64,000 nucleotides of DNA, taken from the NCBI GenBank assembly GCA_965117035.1, contig OZ220748.1:1607429-1671428 (forward strand). The letters are read 5' to 3'. Made by a program: the position numbers and the translations under genes. This document shows, one piece after another, positions 27,966 to 41,949 of the stretch. The DNA comes from Dehalococcoidia bacterium (lineage in GTDB: Bacteria; Chloroflexota; Dehalococcoidia; Lucifugimonadales; CAZENU01). The notes beneath the pieces were generated by a model, which did no database searches, was not told the DNA's origin, and was given only the letters and a program-made list of their open reading frames with translations. The first letter of the stretch is position 1, and each line of letters opens with the position of its first letter.

Positions 27966-28078
27966 ATTGTCACCCCGAGCGGAGCGAGGGGCCTGGGGCG
28001 GGGGCCACACGCCGTCCACGTCGAGGCGACCCCGCCCCAGGTCCTTCGACAAGCTCAGGACGACAATTTCCCGGGTGT
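27966..28078. repeat. long imperfect inverted repeat (MITE/REP-like)
   Basis: attgtcaccccgagcggagcgaggggcctggggcgggg ... ccccgccccaggtccttcgacaagctcaggacgacaat. Confidence 0.55.
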
Positions 28079-28081
28079 CCC

Positions 28082-28498
28082 CTACCGGCGTACCAGCCCG
28101 ACTACCGCCTCGCGGCCGTTGACCTTGTGGGACTCGGAGAACGCGCCTTCGGGCGCCGCCGTTCTCTCGACCGTCTCCGCGAGGGTCTCGCGCCGGACGT
28201 AGTCGCCGTGCGCGGCCAGCAGCTCGTCCAGCTCGTCGTCGCCGGTGACGTACATGTCGATGTGGTCGGCGATATCGAACCCCGCCGAGCGCCTCATGTT
28301 CTGGACGACGTGCACCAGCTCGCGGGCCAGGCCCTCCAGCTCCAGCTCGCGCGTGACCTCCGTCGTGACCGCGACGGTGTAGTCGGCCTCCGTCGCCGAG
28401 ACGTAGCCCTCCGCGTCGGTGCGCGTGACCGACACCTTGTCCGGCTCCAGCGTGAACTCGCCCGCCACGACGGTACGCCCGCCGTCGACCCGCCGGCC
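28082..28498 (-). pseudogene. ileS: duplicated 3' fragment of ileS (last ~135 codons, no 5' part)
   Basis: Near-identical to 30600-31018 at DNA and protein level (..AGEFTLEPD.VSVTRTDAEGYVSATEADYTVAVTTEV..HKVNGREA), with only about six amino-acid differences. Confidence 0.8.
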
Positions 28499-28703
28499 CT
28501 CAACCCCCTGGGCAGGCTGCCCAGCAGCCGGCGTTCTTCGGGAGTCATGCCGGAAGTGATGACCTGTCGAACTCGCCCTGAGTCGTCGTACACCCCGACC
28601 ACGCCATATCAGGCGTCGGTCAGCGAGCGAGCGCCGTCCACGACTTCCTGGAGCACGGTGTCGAGGTCCGACTCTCGGTGATGCGGCGGATAGCCTCGCT
28701 CAT
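28499..28703 (-). pseudogene. decayed N-terminal fragment of a GAF-domain sensor gene
   Basis: MSEAIRRITES / DLDTVLQEVVDGARSLTDA-TGA-YGVVGVYDDSGRVRQVITSGMTPEERRLLGSLPRG. Needs one frameshift and one nonsense codon, and is cut off at the ileS fragment. Confidence 0.45.
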
Positions 28704-28924
28704 CCTGGGGCGACGCGAGCCCGCAGCCTTTCGATCTCTCGTAGCGAATCGTCCCTCTTCAATGACCGTCCCTGCAATTCCGCTGCTTTCCTCACGGCTT
28801 CCTAGAGGTCGGATACGGACGTCCGGCATTGTTTCACGGCCATCGCCTGGACGGGGCTTCCATGGAAATCCTGGAATCTTTACGAAACGTTTTGGAGTAT
28901 CACAAACGTGCAGGAGGTGCGAAA

Positions 28925-29482
28925 ATGATCAAGCGATCGATGGTAGTAGCTATCGTTGCCGTGGTGGCGGCCACAGCAACGTTGGCCGCAAACCCCATGT
29001 CGGTTGCGGCGGACCCCGGCGAGGATGACATTGGCCTCCTCCGACAAGCTGCCAGTGTCGAAGACGACAGTGGTCCCGGCGAGGATGGCGGTGGCCTTAT
29101 GCTTGCGGCCTCGAGCGGGGATGGAGCAATGCAGACAAGGCGCGTTAACCCATGGGGTTGCCGCACCAGGGCCCACGACCCCCACGAGTCGAAGGGGAGT
29201 AACCCGGGGCCTGGGAACGTTCAAGGGAAGACGACTATCGAGTGTACAACCACACCACCCCCTCACACCGCTGAGATTGTCCAGGAACTGTCAAAATGGA
29301 ACGGCTTGACTTTCATCCCCGTGGCGACAAAGATGAGCAATTGCCCGTCTGGGGTCGGCGACCCTGACTGCTATCCAAACCGGAAGGGCAAGGTGCTCAT
29401 GAGAGGATACATCAGTGCGCCATGCGAGATCGGCACCACAGAGCCACAGAGCGGTATCTCCAGGTCGCCATCGGGCGTCTGA
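28925..29482 (+). CDS. secreted Cys-containing hypothetical protein (possibly frameshifted at its 3' end)
   Basis: GGAGG RBS and signal peptide MIKRSMVVAIVAVVAATATLAANPMSVAA. A second frame continues plausibly (YLQVAIGRLTVGAVTYTGYSGNQANVECEG) to about 29555. Confidence 0.45.
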   Translation: MIKRSMVVAIVAVVAATATLAANPMSVAADPGEDDIGLLRQAASVEDDSGPGEDGGGLMLAASSGDGAMQTRRVNPWGCRTRAHDPHESKGSNPGPGNVQGKTTIECTTTPPPHTAEIVQELSKWNGLTFIPVATKMSNCPSGVGDPDCYPNRKGKVLMRGYISAPCEIGTTEPQSGISRSPSGV

Positions 29483-29534
29483 CAGTCGGGGCCGTCACCT
29501 ACACGGGGTATAGCGGGAACCAAGCGAACGTGGA

Positions 29535-30518
29535 GTGCGAAGGCCCGAGCAGCTAGCAGCAGGGAGTGATCAGCCGATGACCGATATCGACACACGAGCT
29601 GACGATCTCCTGACCTCCATTGTGGGCTGTGCATTCGTGGTGGTACTTGACGAGAGCGGCCTGACGCCGGAGGACATTGCGGATCCGAAGGCGAGCCTAC
29701 CGCTGGCCGCTGGGTGCGCCGACTTCGTGGACGTGCACAGCGGCGACCATGGTCTAGTCGCGCCTGGGGTGCTGGGCCTCGCAAAGGGGAAGGCGTCCCA
29801 GGCGCGCGCCCTGATCGAGCACCCGGATACCGCCTGGTGGTTCGACGACTTGGACCCGCGGAGGCAGGCATGGCTCTCCGTGATCTCGGTCCCGGATAGG
29901 ACACTGGACTCGCGGGAGTCGACGTTTCCAGGCTACAGATACGTCTACGGCACTCCGCCCGATACGGCGGGTTGGCGTCGACCGAAGAACCCATCTGGGC
30001 CTTGGGAGCGTTACGCGCAGAAGCCCTACGGCGGTCAGACCACATCCACTCTGTACGGGCCGCACCTGACATCGGAGCTCATTGCCTACGATGAACGGGT
30101 TGGGGACTACCATTGTCAGTTCCCGCTGGCGTGGTGGTCCATGCGCGTCCTCGAGGACGTGCGAGTGTTCGAGATTCATGGACCGTCCGACTGGCACGAT
30201 CTGTGTGTCAAGTACCCCGCAAGGGATGATGAAGACGACCGACTGGCGCCGAATTGGGGGGCCGTATCAGAAGAGTGGGACGGCGTTCACCTGAGCCTGG
30301 GCGGTCTGCTGACCGCAGAGCAGCACCGGTACGAGTCATCCGCAGGCTGGACCATGCTGGAATTCTGGCACGCCGAGCAGACCCGTTGGCTGCGCCCGCT
30401 GAAGACCGAAACGGACCGTCAACCGGACTTCGACAGGGGGATGGGGCCTACCGAAATACCTGGCATGCGTTTTCCTGACTTCGGCTTCGGCGACGAAGGT
30501 ATGATGTACCGCGTCTGA
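29535..30518 (+). CDS. hypothetical protein, no recognisable domain
   Basis: 327-aa ORF (alternative start ATG 29577) with reasonable codon usage and Trp-rich sequence; lower GC than surroundings. Confidence 0.45.
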   Translation: MRRPEQLAAGSDQPMTDIDTRADDLLTSIVGCAFVVVLDESGLTPEDIADPKASLPLAAGCADFVDVHSGDHGLVAPGVLGLAKGKASQARALIEHPDTAWWFDDLDPRRQAWLSVISVPDRTLDSRESTFPGYRYVYGTPPDTAGWRRPKNPSGPWERYAQKPYGGQTTSTLYGPHLTSELIAYDERVGDYHCQFPLAWWSMRVLEDVRVFEIHGPSDWHDLCVKYPARDDEDDRLAPNWGAVSEEWDGVHLSLGGLLTAEQHRYESSAGWTMLEFWHAEQTRWLRPLKTETDRQPDFDRGMGPTEIPGMRFPDFGFGDEGMMYRV

Positions 30519-30599
30519 TCTGGTGCGACAGAGTGTCGCCCCGGGCAAGCGGCGACCGACAGACGGGACTCTTGGCCCGTCCCCGCAATCCACTACCCA

Positions 30600-33740
<3,141 letters not shown>

Positions 33741-34078
33741 GACATCACTCCCGGGACCGGTGCTCCGAGTCGCCGCCCAGTCCCCATTTCGCGCAACAAA
33801 AAAACCCGCCCCTCGCAGGGACGGGTCGAAAACACCCGCGGTACCACCCTCGTTCTCCGCGCTCGAAGCGAGCGGCGAAGCACTCTGTCGCCCGACGTGT
33901 TCATCGGGCCGCCCAGTCTAACGGGGGGCGACTCCGGCGGCGCCTACTGCCCCCCTCGCGGGGGATGTTCGGGCCGCGGCTCTGGAGGGATATTGGGCCG
34001 GGCGGGCCGCGTCTGCTCTCACCATCCCAGACTCGCTGAGCGCCCGTGGTCCAGCCTGTTCGTCTCCGTCACAGCCGG
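33741..34078 (-). promoter_or_regulatory. T-box leader of ileS
   Basis: Minus strand carries the canonical T-box core AACGAGGGTGGTACCGCGGG (33837-33849 = GGGTGGTACCGCG) immediately upstream of a terminator. AUC triplets lie in the upstream stem region. Confidence 0.8.
33798..33825 (-). terminator. intrinsic terminator of the T-box attenuator
   Basis: CCCGUCCC-UGCGA-GGGGCGGG followed by U7 (minus-strand RNA). Confidence 0.75.
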
Positions 34079-34085
34079 TCAATCC

Positions 34086-34114
34086 AAAATAGAATAGGCC
34101 GAACGGGATGTCAA
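34086..34114 (-). promoter_or_regulatory. candidate ileS promoter TTGACA-N17-TATTTT
   Basis: Minus strand reads ccTTGACAtcccgttcggcctattcTATTTTgg, just upstream of the T-box leader. Confidence 0.45.
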
Positions 34115-34199
34115 GGTTGGCGGAGCGGACAACGTCGAGATGTTGCACCGTGTGGCGGTGTAAGGCAGGATTAGGGGCACTATCACTGGGGAGGAGCAA

Positions 34200-34469
34200 C
34201 TGACTGCCGCCAACCCAACGCATCCATCCGCCAGCCTACGAAGTAGTCTGGAAGCTACAGGGTGGAGCGTGAACGAGTTCGCCAACCGCCTGGGAGTGAG
34301 CCGCAACACAGCTTCGCGGCTGCTGAACGCGCGCTGCGGCATAACGCCAGGCGTGGCTTTGGCCCTGGAGCGCATCGGGTGGAGCGACGCGGACTTCTGG
34401 ATGCGCCGGCAGGTTCACTACGACCTGGCCCTGGCCCGTCAGCAGCTCACCGTCTCTGCCGTCGACTGA
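34200..34469 (+). CDS. orphan HigA/VapI-like XRE-family HTH protein (start uncertain)
   Basis: HPSASLRSSLEATGWSVNEFANRLGVSRNTASRLLNARCGITPGVALALERIG. GGGGAGGAG RBS followed by CTG 34200; the first canonical start is GTG 34269. Confidence 0.5.
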   Translation: MTAANPTHPSASLRSSLEATGWSVNEFANRLGVSRNTASRLLNARCGITPGVALALERIGWSDADFWMRRQVHYDLALARQQLTVSAVD

Positions 34470-34718
34470 ATTGGTGGTCGGCCGGTGACGCGATGCGGGG
34501 GACCCCGCCCGCGGGGCAACGTCGGCGCGCTTCGATTCCGGCCCGTCTCCTGGCGGTGGGGCCTTCGCTGGAATGACAGGGCGCCGCCCGGGATTGGCGG
34601 AAACGTGTGGTCACCGCAAAAGCCCGGAAGATGCACCGCCGTCGGCGTGTCAGCGTATGGCACAGGGTGTAATATGACGGCCACAGGCATGCTGCTATCC
34701 ACAAGGAGGTTTCTCCCG

Positions 34719-35504
34719 ATGGCATCGAGACTGACCCTTATCACGGCGGCCATGGCGCTGGTGGCACTCGTCGCCCTTGCGGCGTGCGGGGAAGACGAGC
34801 CCGAGCCGACCGCCACGCCCGAGCCGACCGCCACGCCGGCGCCCACGGCGACGCCCGAACCCACCGCGACGCCGGTACCTCCCACGCCGGCGCCGACCGC
34901 GGCGCCGCAGGTCCCCGACCAGCCGGCCGGAACGGGCGCGCTGGCGCCCCTGAACTTCGCTGACCCGCTGACCATGGCGGCCCAGATGTCCCCGGCCGAG
35001 ATTGGCTGCGTCACGGGCGTGGCGGAAATGGGGCGGCTGATGGAGATGTTCGCCGCGCCGGAGACCGCGTCGGCCGAGGAGCGGGCCAAGCTGTTCGGCT
35101 GCTTCGAAGACGAGACGCTGCTCCGCCTCTACTTCACGGCGGTCCTGGCCGCCACCGGCCCGCTCACCGTGGAGACCTCAGGATGCATACGCGCGGGCAT
35201 CGAGGGGATGGATCTGCAGGCGATGATGCTGGCGGGCGCGTCGGGCGACGAGCAGGCGCAGACGGCAGCCGGCATGCCCCTGATGATCCTGACGGTCACC
35301 TGCCTCAATGACGACGAATGGCCGCTCGCCGCCGAGGGCCTGGGCCTGCCCCCGGGCCAGAGAGGGGACCCGCAGTGCCTGATGGATGCCCTCGGCGGGC
35401 CCCAGGGCCTGGCCGAAACGCTGTCCTCCGGCGACGAGGCCTCGTTCATGACGCTGATCGGCGCGGCAGTCGGCTGCGGGATGCAGATGCAGGGCGGGCC
35501 CTGA
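34719..35504 (+). CDS. lipoprotein with Pro/Thr-rich linker, unknown function
   Basis: AAGGAGG RBS, MASRLTLITAAMALVALVALAAC lipobox, (EPTATP)n linker, then two Cys-containing repeats. Confidence 0.55.
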   Translation: MASRLTLITAAMALVALVALAACGEDEPEPTATPEPTATPAPTATPEPTATPVPPTPAPTAAPQVPDQPAGTGALAPLNFADPLTMAAQMSPAEIGCVTGVAEMGRLMEMFAAPETASAEERAKLFGCFEDETLLRLYFTAVLAATGPLTVETSGCIRAGIEGMDLQAMMLAGASGDEQAQTAAGMPLMILTVTCLNDDEWPLAAEGLGLPPGQRGDPQCLMDALGGPQGLAETLSSGDEASFMTLIGAAVGCGMQMQGGP

Positions 35505-35746
35505 CGCCCGACCGGTACAGGAATAAGACCGCGGCTTCGGCCCCCGGTAGACTCCGCCCTGCCATAGCGGGTCGAAGCCAAGAACCTACCGGCGTTCGGG
35601 CGGGCCGGCCGGGGCCGGCAACCCGTCCGGCAGACCGTGGCGAAGGGTGCGGTGCGGGAGGCGGTGGACGAGACGGGCGCGAACACGTCAATGATCTCCG
35701 CCGCCACGACTCCGGTGATCCAGAAGCGGCGGCGGCTGGCTGGCGG

Positions 35747-36289
35747 CTAGCCCCGGCCTGGCTCCTCCGCGTCCCTGAATTCAGGTGCGAACAGCACGAC
35801 CCCGCGAGTCTCCCTCAACGCCCCCTTCCTGAGCTCGATCGCCTGGAACGGGGGACCGCCGCCGTATTCGCTTGCCAGCCCATGCGCGTCCGCCCGAACG
35901 AACCCGAACCGCGAATAGTATCCGGGCGCTCCGAGCAGTACGACTCCGTCGCAGCCCCTCGACAGGCAGCCGCGCAGTCCCTCGCGCACCAGCCGCGACC
36001 CTATGCCCTGGCCCTGGAACCCAGGCAAGACTCCGATGGGCCCCAGCGCCACCCAGCGCGAGTCAGAGGTTGGCTCGACGCTAACCGAGGTGAAACAGAC
36101 GTGCCCTACGACCTGGTCCGCCGCTATCGCGACGAGCGACAGCACCACGCGGCCCGAATCGCGTAGCATGTCGACCAGTCTCGGCTCGTACCGGCTGCCG
36201 AACGCCTGCCCGTGAACACCCCGGATCGCCGGGACATCACCGGGATCCTCCTCGCGGACTTCCGCTGCCCTCGCGGCTGGCACATTCAC
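35747..36289 (-). CDS. GNAT-family N-acetyltransferase
   Basis: Acetyl-CoA motif FQGQGIGSRLVREGL. Confidence 0.8.
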   Translation of the reverse strand: MNVPAARAAEVREEDPGDVPAIRGVHGQAFGSRYEPRLVDMLRDSGRVVLSLVAIAADQVVGHVCFTSVSVEPTSDSRWVALGPIGVLPGFQGQGIGSRLVREGLRGCLSRGCDGVVLLGAPGYYSRFGFVRADAHGLASEYGGGPPFQAIELRKGALRETRGVVLFAPEFRDAEEPGRG

Positions 36290-36323
36290 ACCGGGTACGG
36301 CATGTCGATGGGAGTACCGAGAC

Positions 36324-37364
36324 CTAGCCCGTGACGTCCGTCCAGTCGAACACCACGCCGAGCATGTTCTTGTCGCGGGTCGACGCCATGTCGTAGGCCT
36401 TCTTCATCTCGGTGTAGTGCATGCGGTGGGTGATCGCCCTGCTCGGCCGCAGCCGGCCATCGGCCATCAGCGCCAGGATGCGCTCGGTCCTGCGCCGGTG
36501 GGTCAGCCCTTCTCCCGCCTCGGACGGGTAGACGTCCTCGGCCCGGCCGTTGACGGCGATGATCGAGATGCCCTTGTCGAAAAAGTAGCCCGAGTAGAGC
36601 GGGTTGAAGTCCGCCGGCGCCTCTCCCCTTCCGAGCAGGCTCACGATGGCGACGCGCCCGCCGCGGCGCACGATCTCCACGGACGTCCGATAGGCGGGCC
36701 AGGGGTTGGCGGTGAGGATGACCAGGTCGATGCCGTTGCCCAGGCTGAACTCGTCCAGCTTCGCCCGCAGGTCCGGCTCGTCGTGCATGAACGCGGCGTG
36801 CGCCCCCATGTTGCGCGCCATGTCCGCGCGGACAGGGCTGTTGACGACGGCCGCCACCTGCGCGCCGTAGATCGGCCCCAGCGCCACCGCGGCGATGCCC
36901 AGGACGCCCGCGCCCACGACGGCCACGTACTCGCCCGGCCGGAAGTGCGCCTTCGTATAGCAATACCCGCTCAGCCCGTACAGGACAGCGTACACCGCGT
37001 CTTCCGGGCCGACGCCCTGCGGCGCCTTCACCAGGTTGCCCGTGGGGCCGTAGTCGTCCTCGCGGGTGACGTGCGCGGACCGGTGCCCGGCCTGCGACAC
37101 GACGCGGTCGCCGACCTGGAACCGGGTGACCTCGGAGCCCACGCCGCGGACGATGCCGACGGTGCTGTCGCCGACACAACGCGGGAAGCTGTTGCCGGCG
37201 CCGGGAATCGGCGGCTCGCCCTCGTAGTTCCCGCGGTCGGTGCCGAGCTTGAACGCCGTCAGCTCCGTCTCGACGTACACGTCTCGCGGCCCGAGGTTTC
37301 CGGTGTCGAGCGGCCGGTCCTCGATGACCAGCTCCATCGGCCTGGGCAGGATCGCCACCTTCAC
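36324..37364 (-). CDS. zinc-binding medium-chain alcohol dehydrogenase family protein
   Basis: 346 aa; GroES-like N-terminus and Rossmann GAGVLG motif. Confidence 0.8.
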   Translation of the reverse strand: MKVAILPRPMELVIEDRPLDTGNLGPRDVYVETELTAFKLGTDRGNYEGEPPIPGAGNSFPRCVGDSTVGIVRGVGSEVTRFQVGDRVVSQAGHRSAHVTREDDYGPTGNLVKAPQGVGPEDAVYAVLYGLSGYCYTKAHFRPGEYVAVVGAGVLGIAAVALGPIYGAQVAAVVNSPVRADMARNMGAHAAFMHDEPDLRAKLDEFSLGNGIDLVILTANPWPAYRTSVEIVRRGGRVAIVSLLGRGEAPADFNPLYSGYFFDKGISIIAVNGRAEDVYPSEAGEGLTHRRRTERILALMADGRLRPSRAITHRMHYTEMKKAYDMASTRDKNMLGVVFDWTDVTG

Positions 37365-37389
37365 GGGCTATCGCTCCTTGCGCCTCGAG

Positions 37390-38097
<708 letters not shown>

Positions 38098-38480
38098 GCC
38101 TGACCGACCTCCGTTCGCTTCCGGCAGGGTGGGACGAGCAAAGGTGGTGTATGGGTGTGATTCGGCACTTCCTCTCCTTCTCCCACCGCGATCATGCCTC
38201 TCCGCAATGACGGGTTTCGAGTACCTGAGGGGAGGCCGGTACCTCTGATGCGTCCTCGGGCAGTTCCGGCTCGAAGCCGGAAAGCACATTTCTCGGCCGC
38301 CCAGCGGCTCCGAGTTCCAGCAGTTCACGGGTAGACCTGGGCAAAGGCCATGTTGGGCTGGGCTTTGCTGATTGTCCTGTCGGGGCTGCTTGGGTTGGGA
38401 AGAGGTCCCGCCGCAGTGCACTGAGGCCTTTGACTCCACGCTCTACCCTGGTCGTAGGTACTTGGCGGCTGGTTGTCACC

Positions 38481-38798
38481 TCATCCGCCGCCCACCGGGG
38501 CCGCTTGTCGTCGCTGCACTCTCTCCACGATCTGCGGACCAGACTCGATTTCCGCCACGCGCAGCTCAAATGCCTTCTGAAGGTTCTGCCACAGTTGGGG
38601 CGTGGTGCCGAAGTACCGGGCAAGACGAAGAGCCGTATCAGCCGTTACCCCCCGTTGTCCCTTCAGAATCGCCGTGATTCGATTCGTGGGTACATCCAGA
38701 GCCTTGGCCAGCGCGTTAGCCGACAACCCAAGCTCCTCGAGCTCCTCAGCCAGTATCTCGCCGGGGTGCACCGGCCTCATTCCGTTACTCACGCTCAT
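38481..38798 (-). CDS. higA: HigA-family antitoxin (XRE HTH)
   Basis: MSVSNGMRPVHPGEILAEELEELGLSANALAKALDVPTNRITAILKGQRGVTADTALRLARYFGT; GAGGAG RBS. Confidence 0.8.
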   Translation of the reverse strand: MSVSNGMRPVHPGEILAEELEELGLSANALAKALDVPTNRITAILKGQRGVTADTALRLARYFGTTPQLWQNLQKAFELRVAEIESGPQIVERVQRRQAAPVGGG

Positions 38799-38812
38799 GT
38801 TTGAACTCCTCA

Positions 38813-39090
38813 TCAGTGATAGTCCACCACTTCCACGTCGTGCGGTCCATCCTCTTCCCAACGGAAGCATATTCGCCACTGGCGGTTGATCCGGATGCTG
38901 TACTGGCCTATCCGGTCACCGGAGAGAGCCTCCAGCCTGTTGCTGGGCAGGCCAGCCAGATCTCGTAGGAAGGCAGCGTTGTCCAATACCGTGAGTCGAC
39001 GCGTCGCCTGATCCGAGAACCCATGGAAGGCCCGTACCGATTGGCCGCCAAGAACCTCTCGGTCCTCCGATCTTTGAATCCTCGGATCAT
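38813..39090 (-). pseudogene. higB: HigB / killer-protein-family toxin with apparent 1-nt frameshift near codon 17
   Basis: The N-terminus MIRGFKDRRTERFLA is in one frame (ATG 39090). The remainder, GQSVRAFHGFSDQATRRL...QWRICFRWEEDGPHDVEVVDYH, is in the frame of ORF 38813..39166. Confidence 0.6.
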
Positions 39091-39325
39091 TGTAACGCCT
39101 TACGTAAAGAGTACACAAGACGTTACCATACGGGAGGATGATCCTCGGAACAGGGGGCTTCGACATGAGGTGCCCCAGTGTAAGTCCATGCGGGGGCCGG
39201 CCCGCTTATGTCGACCGCCAATGGCGCCCAACAGCTAGCACAGCATTGAGGCGATACCAGGCTTCGCGGTCAGCCGCGTTTTCGGGGCCACGAAGCGGTT
39301 CGCAACCTGCATGGTGGGGCGGCGA

Positions 39326-39961
39326 CTACACGGCGCCCTTGGGCCATGGAGGCTGGGGACGCTTGATCTCCCCGACGTAGGCGCGGTCCGCGAAGAGGGC
39401 GACGAAGTGGTCGAAGAAGGCAACCGAGTCGTCCTCCGGCGGCACGAACGACTTCAGGTACGCGGACGTGCCGTTCGCGAACAGGAACGTCGGCGTGCCG
39501 AAGACGCCGTGCTCCTCCACCGCCTCGACGTGGTCTCGCGCCACGTTCTCCAGCAGGCCGGGATCGTCGAGGCCCTGCTCGAACCGCGGGACATCGAGGC
39601 CGACCTCGCGCGCCACCTCGACGAGCGAAGCGCGGTCGTTGAGCGACACGCGGGGTCCGCCGCCGTGGCGGGCGACGAGCAGCGCGACGTGGAAGCGCTC
39701 GAACGCCTCGCGTCCCTGCAGCTTCGCCGACTCCGCGGCGTGAAGCGACAGCAGGGACCGGCTGTCCTCGTAGGCGCCGGGCTGCTCCCACAGCTTCCAG
39801 TCTGGCCCGTTCGTGCTGTTGACCTGGTCGAGCACGAAGTTCTTCCAGGTGATCTCGAGGCGTCCCGGCTCGGCTTTGGAAACCCTATCCAGCCACACGG
39901 CTGCATTGTGGACGTACGGTCAGGCGTAGTCGGCGTATACGTCGAAGGCTATCTTGGACAT
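39326..39961 (-). CDS. DsbA-family thioredoxin-fold protein with in-frame UGA (codon 14, 39920-39922) at the first active-site Cys position; candidate selenoprotein
   Basis: ATG 39961: MSKIAFDVYADYA-TGA-PYVHNAAVWLDRV..., continuing in frame into ORF 39326..39898. DsbA-like families carry D..CP..Y at this position. Confidence 0.6.
39893..39911 (-). promoter_or_regulatory. candidate bacterial SECIS hairpin
   Basis: CCACA-AUGCAGCCG-UGUGG, starting 8 nt after the UGA. Confidence 0.25.
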
Positions 39962-40060
39962 GTCGTGCGTCTCCGGTGCGTGGTAGTCCGATTCTATGCC
40001 CCAGCCGCCGCCGAGTCAAAGCCGCCGCAGCCGGGCCGCGTGCCGGTCGTGGACGCGCGC

Positions 40061-40180
40061 GTAAGTGTTCAGAGCAGGTGCGGCGGAACGTCTGAACTGT
40101 GATTCTGATGATGGGGATGATTTAGCGTCGGGGCACTCGGGGCGAACGGGTCAGGTGTCCCCTCAGCTCTGAACAGTTGC
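40061..40180. mobile_element. MITE, variant of the GTAACTGTTCAGA family
   Basis: Termini GTAAGTGTTCAGAGC ... GCTCTGAACAGTTGC. The interior shares ggggcgaacgggt with the 58691 copy. Confidence 0.6.
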
Positions 40181-40195
40181 ACGCGCGCCGCGCGC

Positions 40196-40225
40196 TTGAA
40201 TGACGGAGCCTCGATTCGGTACAAT
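40196..40225 (+). promoter_or_regulatory. candidate pyr operon promoter TTGAAT-N18-TACAAT
   Basis: cTTGAATgacggagcctcgattcggTACAATgcgcgcc, lying 16 bp from the MITE end. Confidence 0.45.
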
Positions 40226-40263
40226 GCGCGCCAGAGTTGAAGCAATATATCGGGAGCCAGTAG

Positions 40264-41945
<1,682 letters not shown>

Positions 41946-41949
41946 GACG

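Noticed and set aside
28499-28703. In-frame TGA in the GAF-like fragment as a fourth selenocysteine codon.
   Set aside because: The TGA sits where homologs have Arg (A-R-Y-G, CGA to TGA), not Cys. The fragment also needs a frameshift and is truncated by the ileS duplicate, so decay is the simpler explanation.
38098-38439. N-terminal 114-aa extension of RNase III and other small ORFs in 38100-38480.
   Set aside because: There is no homology or motif. The rnc family N-terminus begins at MENAVSDV (38097). The region has mixed composition and may be decayed DNA, but I could not assign it.
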